Source: a virus. From it: 47,136 bases of DNA. A model generated the notes under the pieces. That model did not search any database. It was not told the origin of the DNA and saw nothing but the letters and a program-made list of their open reading frames with translations. The position numbers and the translations under genes were made by a program. The stretch is from positions 1-47,136 of the IMG/VR virus record IMGVR_UViG_3300029108_000006, one strand, 5' to 3'. Shown here in pieces: positions 38,889-47,136 of this stretch. Numbering within the stretch: the first letter of the stretch is position 1; the number at the start of each line of letters is the position of its first letter.

Positions 38889-40460
38889 ATGAATCTGCTT
38901 GACAAAGCAATCAGGGCGATCAGTCCTGAGCGCGCGTTGAAGCGTTATGAAGCCCGCCGAAAGCTCGAAATTCTCAACAGCGGATATTCGCGGCACGGTG
39001 GCTCATACGCAAAGAAGTCCCTGATTGGATGGCTATCCGGCGGGAGCGACGCGGACGCGGACATCGTGGACAACCTGGAGACGCTTCGCAATCGATCGCG
39101 AGACCTATACATAGGGTCGCCTCTTGCAACCGGTGCACTCAAGACCGTTCGAACGAATGTGGTCGGCTCCGGGCTTGCGCTGAATGCCCAGGTCGATGCG
39201 AAGTTCCTCGGCCTTACCGAGGAGCAGGCGAAAGAGTGGGAAGAAAACACCGAACGTGAATGGCGGTTGTGGTCTGAAAGCGTGAACTGCGATGCGGAAA
39301 GACGGCAGACGTTCTTTCAGCTTCAGTCCTTGGTGCTCCTTTCTGCGTTGATGAGTGGCGACGTCTTTGTGACGATGCCGATCATTCCGCGTAAGGGCTG
39401 TGCCTACGACCTGCGCATTGGCCTCATCGAAGCCGACCGCGTGTGCGATCCGCTGAACCCTCCGACGACAGCAAATGTCCTCGGCGGCATCGAAGTCGGA
39501 ACTTACGGGGAGACCGTTGCCTACTGGGTTGCGAAGCATCATCCGGGCGCGATCCCTCGCATCGGCCAGAACCTGCAACAGGAATGGAAGCGCGTGCTTG
39601 CTTTCGGTACGACGACCGGGCGACGCAACGTCCTGCACATCATGGCAGACGTTGAACGTCCTGCACAGCGCCGAGGGGTGCCGATGCTTGCTCCGGTCAT
39701 CGAGGCCTTGAAGCAACTTTCACGGTATTCAGAAGCTGAGCTGATGGCGGCGGTCGTGAGCGGCATGTTCACGGTCTTCGTTAAGAGCAACACTCCTGAT
39801 TCTCCACTCGCGACGGCCTTCAATCCGGCGATGCAAGTCGACAAAGATCCTAACGCATATGAGATGGGGAACGGGTCGATCGTCGCACTTGATGAGGGTG
39901 AAGAGGTTCAGATTGCGGACCCGAGTCGACCTAACCCCAACTTTGATCCTTTCGTGATTGCTATCTGTCGCCAGATCGGTGCGGCGCTTGAGATTCCTTA
40001 CGAGCTTCTCGTGAAGAACTTCACAGCGTCCTATAGCGCATCGAGGGCTTCGCTCTTGGAGGCTTGGAAGATGTTCCGCATGCGCCGCGAATGGCTTGTC
40101 GGGAACTTCTGTCAGCCGATTTATGAGGAGTGGCTCACCGAAGCAGTTCTGAAGGGGCGTGTGCAAGCGCCCGGCTTCTTTGACGACCCGGCGATCCGTG
40201 CTGCTTGGTGCGGTGCGGACTGGTACGGCGACGCGCAGGGACAGCTCGATCCGCTGAAGGAAGCCAATGCCGCGAAGGTCCGTGTCGATGAAGGCTTCAG
40301 CACTCGCGAACGTGAGGCAGCTGAGCTAACTGGCATGAAGTACGACCAAGTCCACGCGGTGCGAAAGCGCGAGGAGGCAATGCGCAGGGAAGACGGTCTG
40401 AGTGCGACAGCTCCGGCGCAACCGGCGATGGAACCGGAGAAGGAGGAAACAGATGAATAA
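38889..40460 (+). CDS. Portal protein (lambda gpB family), 523 aa
   Basis: Size, position and conserved portal sequence pattern. ATG at 38889 lies 8 nt after AAGGAGG. Confidence 0.9.
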   Translation: MNLLDKAIRAISPERALKRYEARRKLEILNSGYSRHGGSYAKKSLIGWLSGGSDADADIVDNLETLRNRSRDLYIGSPLATGALKTVRTNVVGSGLALNAQVDAKFLGLTEEQAKEWEENTEREWRLWSESVNCDAERRQTFFQLQSLVLLSALMSGDVFVTMPIIPRKGCAYDLRIGLIEADRVCDPLNPPTTANVLGGIEVGTYGETVAYWVAKHHPGAIPRIGQNLQQEWKRVLAFGTTTGRRNVLHIMADVERPAQRRGVPMLAPVIEALKQLSRYSEAELMAAVVSGMFTVFVKSNTPDSPLATAFNPAMQVDKDPNAYEMGNGSIVALDEGEEVQIADPSRPNPNFDPFVIAICRQIGAALEIPYELLVKNFTASYSASRASLLEAWKMFRMRREWLVGNFCQPIYEEWLTEAVLKGRVQAPGFFDDPAIRAAWCGADWYGDAQGQLDPLKEANAAKVRVDEGFSTREREAAELTGMKYDQVHAVRKREEAMRREDGLSATAPAQPAMEPEKEETDE

Positions 40461-41529
40461 GTTTTGGAACGTCAGGGCCGAGGGGAAACGGGCGCAGCTC
40501 GATCTCTTCGGCTATGTCGGTGGGTCGAAGGACGATCCGTGGGGGAAGGGCTTCAACGAGTCTGAATTCCTCGCGGACTTCCGAAAAATCCCGTCCGATA
40601 GCCATCTTGATATTTCGATCAATTCGTTCGGCGGGGCCGTTTATACGGGCTTGTCCATTTATTCGCTTCTCAAGGCGCATAAGGGACAGATCACCTTCCG
40701 AATTGACGGCGCTGCTATGAGTGCCGCGACGATCATCACGAGCGTGCCTGGCGCGAAAGTCATCATGCCGAGGGGCTCAATGATGATGATCCACAAGGTC
40801 AGCTCGGTTGCCATCGGTACGACGGACGACATGAGGAAGGCGGCTGACGACATGGAGAAGCTTGAGGAAAATCTCATCAACATCTATGTCGAAAAGACCG
40901 GTCGCACAGTTGACGAGATCAAGGAAAAGGTCAACGCCGAGACGTTCTTCACTGCAGAAGAGGCTGTGGAGTTTGGTCTGGCTGACGAGATTGATGAAAC
41001 GACGGAAGTCAAGAACACGGCTTCTGGCAGCTTCGTCATGTTAAACGGCCTGCAGGTAGATTCGCGTTTCTTTGCGAATGCGCCGAAGGGTTTCATTCAC
41101 GCGGAACAGCCTCAGGCGTCCGCAGTTCAAAAGGAGGTTCACAAGATGAATCTAGAAACGTTGAAGGCGGAACACCCTGACTTGGTGCAGGCGATCCGCA
41201 ACGAAGCTATTTCCGAAGGCGCCGAACAGGAACGCGCTCGCATTCAGGCGATTGAAGACATCGCTATCGTGGGTCATGAAGACCTTGTGAACGCTGCGAA
41301 GTTTGACGGCAAGACGACCGCCGAGGCGCTTGCTGTGCAGATTCTGAAGGCGGACAAGGCTCGCGGCGCACAAATGCTAACGGCTCGCATGAAAGATGCG
41401 AAGGCACTTGAAGGCATCGAACCCGAAGGCAACGAGGGACTCAATCCGAAGGCCGAAGAAAAGGCAAAGCAGGACGCCGAAATGAAGGCTGTCATTGAAG
41501 CCGGTGCACGCGCTTTTGCGCGTAAGTAA
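40453..41529 (+). CDS. Prohead protease (ClpP/S49-like, gpC-like) with a C-terminal scaffold region, 358 aa
   Basis: INSFGGAVYTGLSIYSLLK...IDGAAMSAATII is the ClpP-type Ser region. The C-terminal third is helical and charged. ATG at 40453 follows GAAGGAGG. Confidence 0.8.
   Translation: MNKFWNVRAEGKRAQLDLFGYVGGSKDDPWGKGFNESEFLADFRKIPSDSHLDISINSFGGAVYTGLSIYSLLKAHKGQITFRIDGAAMSAATIITSVPGAKVIMPRGSMMMIHKVSSVAIGTTDDMRKAADDMEKLEENLINIYVEKTGRTVDEIKEKVNAETFFTAEEAVEFGLADEIDETTEVKNTASGSFVMLNGLQVDSRFFANAPKGFIHAEQPQASAVQKEVHKMNLETLKAEHPDLVQAIRNEAISEGAEQERARIQAIEDIAIVGHEDLVNAAKFDGKTTAEALAVQILKADKARGAQMLTARMKDAKALEGIEPEGNEGLNPKAEEKAKQDAEMKAVIEAGARAFARK
41146..41529 (+). CDS. Nested in-frame scaffold protein (Nu3-like), 127 aa
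   Basis: An internal in-frame ATG is preceded by AAGGAGG at 8 nt. It covers the helical C-terminal part of the protease ORF. Confidence 0.5.
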   Translation: MNLETLKAEHPDLVQAIRNEAISEGAEQERARIQAIEDIAIVGHEDLVNAAKFDGKTTAEALAVQILKADKARGAQMLTARMKDAKALEGIEPEGNEGLNPKAEEKAKQDAEMKAVIEAGARAFARK

Positions 41530-41544
41530 AGGAGGGACACATCA

Positions 41545-41907
41545 ATGTCTATGCAGGAAAAGTTTGAAACGACGATGGACAACCTGTTTGCCGCGTCGCA
41601 GATCATGCCGGTTGTTAACGACAGCATGACGATCAAGAAGAGCCAGGGTGTTCTCAAGCGTGGGGCGCTCCTGGACAAGGACGGCAATCTTTGCACTGTG
41701 AACTCAGGCAAGACGACCATTTCTGAGGTCTATGCCGTGCTCGCGGAGGATGTGGACACGGCTTCCGCTGACAAGAGCGCTCCCGTCTATCTCACGGGCG
41801 AGTTCAACGAAGACGCTCTGAGTTTTAAGACAGAAAACAGTGCCGCGATTGCGGACTTCAAGCCGTCTGCTCGAAAGGTCGGCATCTTCTTCAAGAAGAG
41901 CATCTAA
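41545..41907 (+). CDS. Head decoration protein (gpD-like), 120 aa
   Basis: Its size and its position between the protease/scaffold and the major capsid protein. The pattern ...LKRGALL.....L.......V.AVLAEDVD......AP.YLTGEFN resembles decoration proteins. Confidence 0.65.
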   Translation: MSMQEKFETTMDNLFAASQIMPVVNDSMTIKKSQGVLKRGALLDKDGNLCTVNSGKTTISEVYAVLAEDVDTASADKSAPVYLTGEFNEDALSFKTENSAAIADFKPSARKVGIFFKKSI

Positions 41908-41922
41908 TCAGGAGGGACAACA

Positions 41923-42969
41923 ATGGATATGTTTACTACTCGCACTATGCTCGCGATGGTCGAGGAAGGCCAGAAGAGCAATTCCACGTGGTTGCGCGAT
42001 CGTTACTTTACGAATCGCCCTACGTTCAACACGCAGAAGATCGACTTTGACATCATCGGTCGAGGCGGTCGCAAGATTGCGCCGTTCGTGAATCCGAAGG
42101 TCGGAGGCGTTGTGCTTACGCGCGAAGGCTTCCGCACCGAAAGCTATGAAGCTCCGGAAGTTTCTCCGATGCGTGTGACGACAGCAGAAGACATGCTGAA
42201 GCGTCTGCCTGGCGAAACGATCTACTCCGCAAAGAGCCCGACGCAGCGTGCTGCCGAAATCCTCGGCAAGGACCTGTCCGATCTCGACGACATCATTACG
42301 CGTCGTGAGGAAGTCATGTGTGCTGAAGCTCTGTTTACCGGCAAGGTGACGGTGAAGGGGGAAGGCTACGATGAGGTGCTGAACTATTGGGCTCACCTTG
42401 AAAAGCAGGAACAGCCGAAGACCACTCTTGAAACGAAGTGGGACGCTGCTGACGCTACCAAGATCATGGGCGATCTTCGTACGCTTCGTCGCACGATGAT
42501 TCAGTCCGGCGGCTTTACGCCGCACGAGCTGATCTGCGGCTCGAAGGTGCTTGATACGATCCTTGATAAGCTCACGACTGCCAAGCAGCTCGATATGCGT
42601 CGCGTCGACATGGGCGCGATTGATCCGCAGCACTTGCCGAATGGTGTGACGTACTGGGGCTATCTCAAGGACTCCGGTCTTGACATCTACTCTTACGACG
42701 AGTGGTATGCCGACGATGCTGGCAAGGAGCAGCCGATGGTTCCTGAAAACCTCTGCATGCTCGCAAGCCCGAACGCCAAGACGATGCTCGCTTACGGTCT
42801 TGTTGCGCTGACTGGTGACGAAGCGATCAAGTTCTACGAAGGTGCTCGAGTGCCGGACTCTTGGGTCCAGCGTGCGAATCCTTCCGGTCGCATCGTGCAG
42901 ATCAAGAGCCGTCCGCTGCCGATCATTCAGCAGATTCACGGCTTCCACGTCATCGAAGCTCTCGCTTAA
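41923..42969 (+). CDS. Major capsid protein (lambda gpE family), 348 aa
   Basis: The N-terminus MDMFTTRTMLAMVEE...WLRDRYF....TF.T..IDFD........APFV.P is the gpE-family opening. Confidence 0.9.
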   Translation: MDMFTTRTMLAMVEEGQKSNSTWLRDRYFTNRPTFNTQKIDFDIIGRGGRKIAPFVNPKVGGVVLTREGFRTESYEAPEVSPMRVTTAEDMLKRLPGETIYSAKSPTQRAAEILGKDLSDLDDIITRREEVMCAEALFTGKVTVKGEGYDEVLNYWAHLEKQEQPKTTLETKWDAADATKIMGDLRTLRRTMIQSGGFTPHELICGSKVLDTILDKLTTAKQLDMRRVDMGAIDPQHLPNGVTYWGYLKDSGLDIYSYDEWYADDAGKEQPMVPENLCMLASPNAKTMLAYGLVALTGDEAIKFYEGARVPDSWVQRANPSGRIVQIKSRPLPIIQQIHGFHVIEALA

Positions 42970-43032
42970 GAGCGACAAAAACCGAATTAGGGTAGGCAAT
43001 ACGACCTGCCCTTTTTCGTAGGAGGGACAGAA

Positions 43033-43305
43033 ATGAAAGTTGTTCTTTTAGAAAACATTCTCATTTCCGGCAAACGCTACACGGCAGGTGAGGAGATCGA
43101 GGTTGACGAGACGGTCGGCCTTCAGCTTCTCAAGGAAAATCTGGCGCTTGTCGGCGTGAATGAGGTCGAGGACGACCCTGTCGAAGAAGCTCCATTGCCG
43201 ACGCCGGAAGCTGCTTTTGCTCCGATTCCCGAAGCAGAAGATGAGCCAGAAGTTGAAGTCAAGCAACCTGTCAAGCGTCGCACGACGAAGAAGGTGGCGG
43301 GATGA
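43033..43305 (+). CDS. Hypothetical head-proximal protein, 90 aa
   Basis: Strong RBS (GGAGGGA). The C-terminus is acidic and Pro-rich. Confidence 0.5.
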   Translation: MKVVLLENILISGKRYTAGEEIEVDETVGLQLLKENLALVGVNEVEDDPVEEAPLPTPEAAFAPIPEAEDEPEVEVKQPVKRRTTKKVAG

Positions 43306-43616
43306 GTGCCTTCAAGGATTTCGTTGCTGCTGACGTGCAGAACGTCTTCATCAACCTCGACGAGTTTGCCGAGGAGCACGAAATCGGCCATGAGGTTGTG
43401 CCGTGCATTCTCGACAAGATCATCACGCAGGCGAACGGCGACGATTCATACCTTGGAGTTTTTGTCAACCAACTGACGATCTACGTCGAAGTTGGCGTGA
43501 TTGAAACGCCTGTCGAGGGCGAGCTTCTCAACGTCGACGGCTCGCTTCATCTTGTCAAGTCCGTCAGCAACGAGGGAGGCGTTCTCGTCATTGTGACGGA
43601 GGCGAATGAGCAATGA
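43302..43616 (+). CDS. Putative head completion / adaptor protein, 104 aa
   Basis: The call rests on its position between the capsid and tail-completion genes. It overlaps both neighbours by 4 nt. Confidence 0.45.
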   Translation: MSAFKDFVAADVQNVFINLDEFAEEHEIGHEVVPCILDKIITQANGDDSYLGVFVNQLTIYVEVGVIETPVEGELLNVDGSLHLVKSVSNEGGVLVIVTEANEQ

Positions 43617-44245
43617 GTAAACCATTAGAGGTCATCGTTTCCGACGGACAGGGGCGGTACAAGAACGCTCTTGAGAAGGCGGCCAAGTTGCTCTCGGAAG
43701 TTCCGAACGGATACGAGGCCGCCATCAGTCGCTCGATGAATCGTGCGGCCACTGCCGGACGCTCTGCCGCGGTCTCAACGATCCGGCAGGAGTACACGAT
43801 CAAGGCTTCAACGGTTCGCCGTAACTTCACCATCCATAAGGCGACGCGCTCAGACCTTGAAGCGCTGGTCACGAGTAAGGGGCCTCGCATTCCGTTGGTG
43901 AATTACAAGACTCGTCCGAAAACTGACACGACCGGCAATGCACGAAAGCCGGTGCTCGTCGCTGTCAAGGCACGGGGAGGCTTGAAGCCTTTGGGTAAGT
44001 CGTTCGTCTACCGGGGAAAGATTCTTCAGCGTTTGGATACGAGTTCGCTTCCTGTGCAGGAAGTCTACGGTCCGGCCATTCCGGTGCTGTCTGGGAATAA
44101 CGAGGTCGTAGACAACGTCGAAAAGACGATGCAGGAGACCTTCCTCAAGCGTCTGGATCACGAAACCGGCTATCTCCTCGGCGGTGGGAAAACCAACAAA
44201 TACACCAAACACAAGGGGGGATTCGTATGGTCGAAAAAGAGCTGA
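43613..44245 (+). CDS. Minor tail protein Z-like (tail/head completion), 210 aa
   Basis: The pattern ...AISRSMNRAATAGRSAAVSTIRQEYTIKASTVR...L.....GPRIPL..Y... resembles the prophage gpZ family. Confidence 0.55.
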   Translation: MSKPLEVIVSDGQGRYKNALEKAAKLLSEVPNGYEAAISRSMNRAATAGRSAAVSTIRQEYTIKASTVRRNFTIHKATRSDLEALVTSKGPRIPLVNYKTRPKTDTTGNARKPVLVAVKARGGLKPLGKSFVYRGKILQRLDTSSLPVQEVYGPAIPVLSGNNEVVDNVEKTMQETFLKRLDHETGYLLGGGKTNKYTKHKGGFVWSKKS

Positions 44246-44706
44246 CCCGCGCACTTCGCGGGCTGTGTGCCGAAGCCGTGAAGAACTTCGCCTTGCCGAC
44301 GAAGTCAGAACGCGGACAAGAGAAAGAGGAGCTTCGTGCTCCTCAAATCATAAATGGCTACCTACCGCCGAAGCGGTCAGGGCAGAAGGACGATTTTCCG
44401 TTCGTTCTCGTGCGGGCCGATGAGGGTACGACCGACCAGGACTCCACCGAAGTGCAGGTGTCGATCATAGTCGGGACCTACTCCGAAGAGTACGACGGCC
44501 ACGAGTATTGCCTGAACGTCATGTCCCGCATTCGCACGGCGCTGTGCTCCTTGCCTGGGATGGTTCTTGCTAATCGGTATCGGCTGAAGCATCCGATCAA
44601 GTGGAGCACCTACGCCGAGCAGCCCTACCCGTACTGGCAGCTCGACATGCAAACGACGTGGGACATCCGCACGCCGCAGCCAATTGATAAGGAGGAGGAC
44701 TTCTGA
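44227..44706 (+). CDS. Putative tail terminator / neck protein, 159 aa
   Basis: The call rests on its position just upstream of the sheath. No specific motif recognised. Confidence 0.45.
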   Translation: MVEKELTRALRGLCAEAVKNFALPTKSERGQEKEELRAPQIINGYLPPKRSGQKDDFPFVLVRADEGTTDQDSTEVQVSIIVGTYSEEYDGHEYCLNVMSRIRTALCSLPGMVLANRYRLKHPIKWSTYAEQPYPYWQLDMQTTWDIRTPQPIDKEEDF

Positions 44707-44981
44707 TGACTATGAAGAAACCCACAACTAAAAAGGCGCAAACCACCGAGGGAAAGGCTGTCGTTTATATCGGTCCGACTCTTGGCGGTGGCGCACTGAT
44801 GCGCAATGCGGTGTTCCGTGCAGGGGAGTTCCCTCCGCACATCGCATCGATGCGCGAAAAGAGTGAGGCCCTGCGCGGTCTCTTCGTCCCGGTGTCTGAA
44901 CTGGCGACAGCGCGAAAGCGCATCGGCGTGAAGGGCGACATCCTAAACGCCTATGTGCGTCAACTCAAAAATGAACTCTAA
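44706..44981 (+). CDS. Hypothetical protein, 91 aa
   Basis: Its start overlaps the upstream stop. Operon context. Confidence 0.45.
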   Translation: MTMKKPTTKKAQTTEGKAVVYIGPTLGGGALMRNAVFRAGEFPPHIASMREKSEALRGLFVPVSELATARKRIGVKGDILNAYVRQLKNEL

Positions 44982-44993
44982 GGAGGTCATCAA

Positions 44994-46472
44994 ATGGCAT
45001 ACAACCACGGGGTAAAAATCTCCGAAGTGCCGACTTCTATCCTGCCGCCGGTGCAGGTTGAGGCGGCCATTCCTTTCATTGTTGGGACTGCTCCGGTCAA
45101 TATGACCGATCCGACCAACGTCAACAAGCCCGTTCTCTGCTACTCGTATGACGAGGCTGTCGCTGCCTTCGGCTACGTGCCGCCGGTAGAGGACAGCGCA
45201 AGCGGTCTGAAAAAGTACGACTTCACGCTGAGCGAAGCGATCTATTCCCAGTTCGCTCTTTTTGGCGTCGCGCCGATCATCGTTGTTAATGTGCTTGATC
45301 CTACGAAGCACAAGAAGACGGCGACGGCAACGACCGTGACGCTTGATTCCAAGACAGGCTCTGCGACGATTGCCGAGGCAGGCATCATCCTGTCTACCTT
45401 GAAAATCTCTCAGGACGTAACGACCTACCAGGAAGGCACGGACTTCGTTGCAACATTCAACGATGAAGGCAATCTGGTCATTACGTCGAAGAAGGACGAG
45501 GACAACTTCAAGGTTCCGGTTGGTGCGTCGCTGACGTTCACGGCCGAAAAGCTCGATCCGTCTGCTGTGACGAAGTCTGAAATTATCGGCGGCGTGTCCG
45601 TTGATGGTGCGAAGAGCGGCCTTGAGCTTATCGGCGAGTGCTTCCCGCGCTTCCGCCTTGTGCCGGGGCAGATCGTCGCTCCGAAATATTCGAGCGACCC
45701 GGAGGTGGCGGCTGTGATGGCGGCCAAGGCTGTCAACATCAACGAACACTTCCGTGCGATCGCTCTGATTGACGTGCCGACGGACACCGTCGATTCTTAC
45801 TCGAAGGTCGCCGAATGGAAGAACAACAATAACGTTGTTGATGAAGCGCAAGTCGCATGTTGGCCGATGCTTGCCCTTTCCGGAACGGCGTACCACATGA
45901 GTACTCAGCTCATGGGACTTATCGGCAAGGTGGACGGTGACAACGACAGCACGCCGTATGTCAGCCCGTCCAATAAGAACTTCCAGATGACTTCCACGGT
46001 CCTTTCGAGCGGCAAGGAGGTTTGGCTTGGGCCTGAAAACGGCGCTTATCTGAACGGTCAGGGCGTCGTGACGGCGCTCAACTTCATCGGCGGTTGGGTG
46101 TGCTGGGGCAATCGAATTGCCTGCTACCCGGGCAACACGGACGTGAAGGATTCCTTCATTCCGGTTCGACGCATGTTCAACTGGGTCGGCAACACGCTTG
46201 TTCAGACCTTCTGGCAGCGCGTTGATGCTCCCCTGAATCGTCGTCAGGTCGACACGATTGTTGACAGCGCGAACATTTGGCTCAACGGGCTTGCGGCTCG
46301 CCAGTACATTCTCGGAGGTCGCGTGGAGTTCCTTGAGAGCGAAAACCCGACGACTGATTTGATGGACGGCATTGCACGTTTTCACGTCTACATCACGCCG
46401 CCGTCGCCGAATCGCGAGATCGATTTCATTCTTGAGTACGACGCTAGCTATCTCTCGACGCTGTTTGAATAA
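44994..46472 (+). CDS. Contractile tail sheath protein, 492 aa
   Basis: The N-terminus MAYNHGVKISEVPTSILPPVQVEAAIPFIVGTAPVN is the typical sheath opening. Size and the downstream tube gene agree. Confidence 0.9.
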   Translation: MAYNHGVKISEVPTSILPPVQVEAAIPFIVGTAPVNMTDPTNVNKPVLCYSYDEAVAAFGYVPPVEDSASGLKKYDFTLSEAIYSQFALFGVAPIIVVNVLDPTKHKKTATATTVTLDSKTGSATIAEAGIILSTLKISQDVTTYQEGTDFVATFNDEGNLVITSKKDEDNFKVPVGASLTFTAEKLDPSAVTKSEIIGGVSVDGAKSGLELIGECFPRFRLVPGQIVAPKYSSDPEVAAVMAAKAVNINEHFRAIALIDVPTDTVDSYSKVAEWKNNNNVVDEAQVACWPMLALSGTAYHMSTQLMGLIGKVDGDNDSTPYVSPSNKNFQMTSTVLSSGKEVWLGPENGAYLNGQGVVTALNFIGGWVCWGNRIACYPGNTDVKDSFIPVRRMFNWVGNTLVQTFWQRVDAPLNRRQVDTIVDSANIWLNGLAARQYILGGRVEFLESENPTTDLMDGIARFHVYITPPSPNREIDFILEYDASYLSTLFE

Positions 46473-46485
46473 GGAGGCTTGAATT

Positions 46486-47016
46486 ATGGCAACTGGAAAC
46501 AAGGTGCCCGAGCGCCTGATTAACTTCCGCGTGTACAACGACGGAAATGACCTGCTCGGTGTAGCGACTGTGGACCTCCCGTCCATTGAAGCGATGAGCG
46601 ACACGGTCAGCGGAGCCGGTATCGCCGGCGAAGTTGAGAGCCCGATTCTCGGCCACTTCGGTTCGATGACTGCGACCTTCACTTGGCGCACCATCACGCC
46701 CGAACTTGCAAAGCTCGCGAACCAGAAGGCGCATGCGCTCGATTTGCGCGGATCGCAGCAGGTTTACGATGCTGCACTTGGCGAATATTCGTCTGTGCCG
46801 GTGCGCGTGTCTCTGCGTGCGACGCCAAAGAGCATCTCGCTCGGATCGTTCGAAGTGGGCTTTACGACCGACAGCGAAAGCGAGTTCGAGGTGATCTACA
46901 TGAAGGTCCTTGTGAATGGCAAGGAGCTCATCGAAATCGACAAGTACAACTTCATCGCCAAGTTCGATGGGGAAGACAAGCTCGCCAGCGTTCGAAAGGA
47001 CCTGGGCTTGGCGTAA
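46486..47016 (+). CDS. Tail tube protein (P2 FII family), 176 aa
   Basis: LINFRVYNDGNDLLGVATVDLPSIEAMSDTVSGAGIAGEVESPILGHF is the FII-family pattern. Confidence 0.85.
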   Translation: MATGNKVPERLINFRVYNDGNDLLGVATVDLPSIEAMSDTVSGAGIAGEVESPILGHFGSMTATFTWRTITPELAKLANQKAHALDLRGSQQVYDAALGEYSSVPVRVSLRATPKSISLGSFEVGFTTDSESEFEVIYMKVLVNGKELIEIDKYNFIAKFDGEDKLASVRKDLGLA

Positions 47017-47037
47017 AGCACTACGCCGGGGGCGGCA

Positions 47038-47136
47038 TGAGTCGTGCCCCGGCAATCCCAAAACAAAGGAGTGAAAAACATGAAGTACATCCTCTCTAAG
47101 GAATATGAGTTTGAAGGCCAGAAGTACACGGAGATC
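47038..47136. repeat. Terminal overlap, copy 2 (identical to 1-99; contains the RBS and first 19 codons of the gpE-like gene)
   Basis: Direct reading. Confidence 0.95.

Larger units (their letters stand above)
1..47037. mobile_element. Complete temperate phage genome (circularly closed unit): lambda-like head/packaging and immunity, P2/Mu-like contractile tail
   Basis: Every large ORF is a phage function (terminase, portal, capsid, sheath, tube, baseplate, fibres, lysis, integrase, cI/cro, replication). The ends overlap by 99 nt and no host genes are present. Confidence 0.9.

Noticed and set aside
41908-42999. 363-aa ORF on the minus strand
   Set aside because: It is antisense to the gpE-family major capsid gene, with the same low-complexity Arg/Leu-rich character.
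44943-46697. 584-aa ORF on the minus strand
   Set aside because: It is entirely antisense to the sheath and tube genes, which have strong motifs and RBSs. The translation is Arg/His/Val-rich low-complexity sequence, typical of the reverse frame of GC-rich coding DNA. It has no RBS.

Overview
The window is a complete temperate phage genome with no host flanks. Bases 1-99 are identical to 47038-47136, so the unit is a 47,037-bp circle, and the junction cuts through a tail chaperone gene. No similarity search was possible. All family calls rest on motifs I recognise in the translations, on gene order, and on RBS and overlap context.

Layout:
- **Tail module (43-13647, +):** P2/Mu-type contractile tail. 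It holds a gpE/E' chaperone with a TTTTTTG -1 frameshift, tape measure, X, D, V, U-like, W, J and I. A 6-kb multi-fibre locus with two chaperones follows.
- **Moron (13835-14806, -):** a strongly AT-rich family-2 glycosyltransferase.
- **Lysis cassette (14907-17008):** holin, GH24 endolysin, small TM proteins, and an i-spanin with an embedded o-spanin.
- **Membrane-protein moron (17039-18043).**
- **Integration and early-left region (-):** P4-type integrase, attP-like region with arm-type repeats, excisionase and a Rha/KilAC antirepressor. The early-left operon then carries SSB, a MazG-like protein, a DUF551-like paralog family, a PAPS-reductase-like PP-loop enzyme, RecT, YqaJ exonuclease, a LuxR-type HTH, and hyper-acidic immediate-early proteins.
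- **Immunity and early-right region:** a cI (S24)/cro switch with repeated operator motifs. The early-right operon carries an initiator with an embedded iteron origin, a DnaC-like loader, RusA and a Q-like regulator.
- **Head module (34977-42969):** lambda-type Nu1/A terminase, gpW, portal, and a ClpP-like protease with a nested scaffold start, plus decoration protein and gpE-like capsid. A ParB-DNA methyltransferase is inserted between the terminase and gpW.
- **Neck, sheath and tube (43033-47016).**

Most second-look-worthy items:
- The lysogeny-side morons: the GT2, the 334-aa two-TM protein, and an antisense WYL-like/TM protein.
- The hyper-acidic first genes of the left operon.
- The PP-loop enzyme together with the ParB-MTase.
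- A leader that can sequester the SD in front of the antirepressor operon.
- A candidate small RNA convergent with cI.
- A nonsense-interrupted, domain-split paralog.
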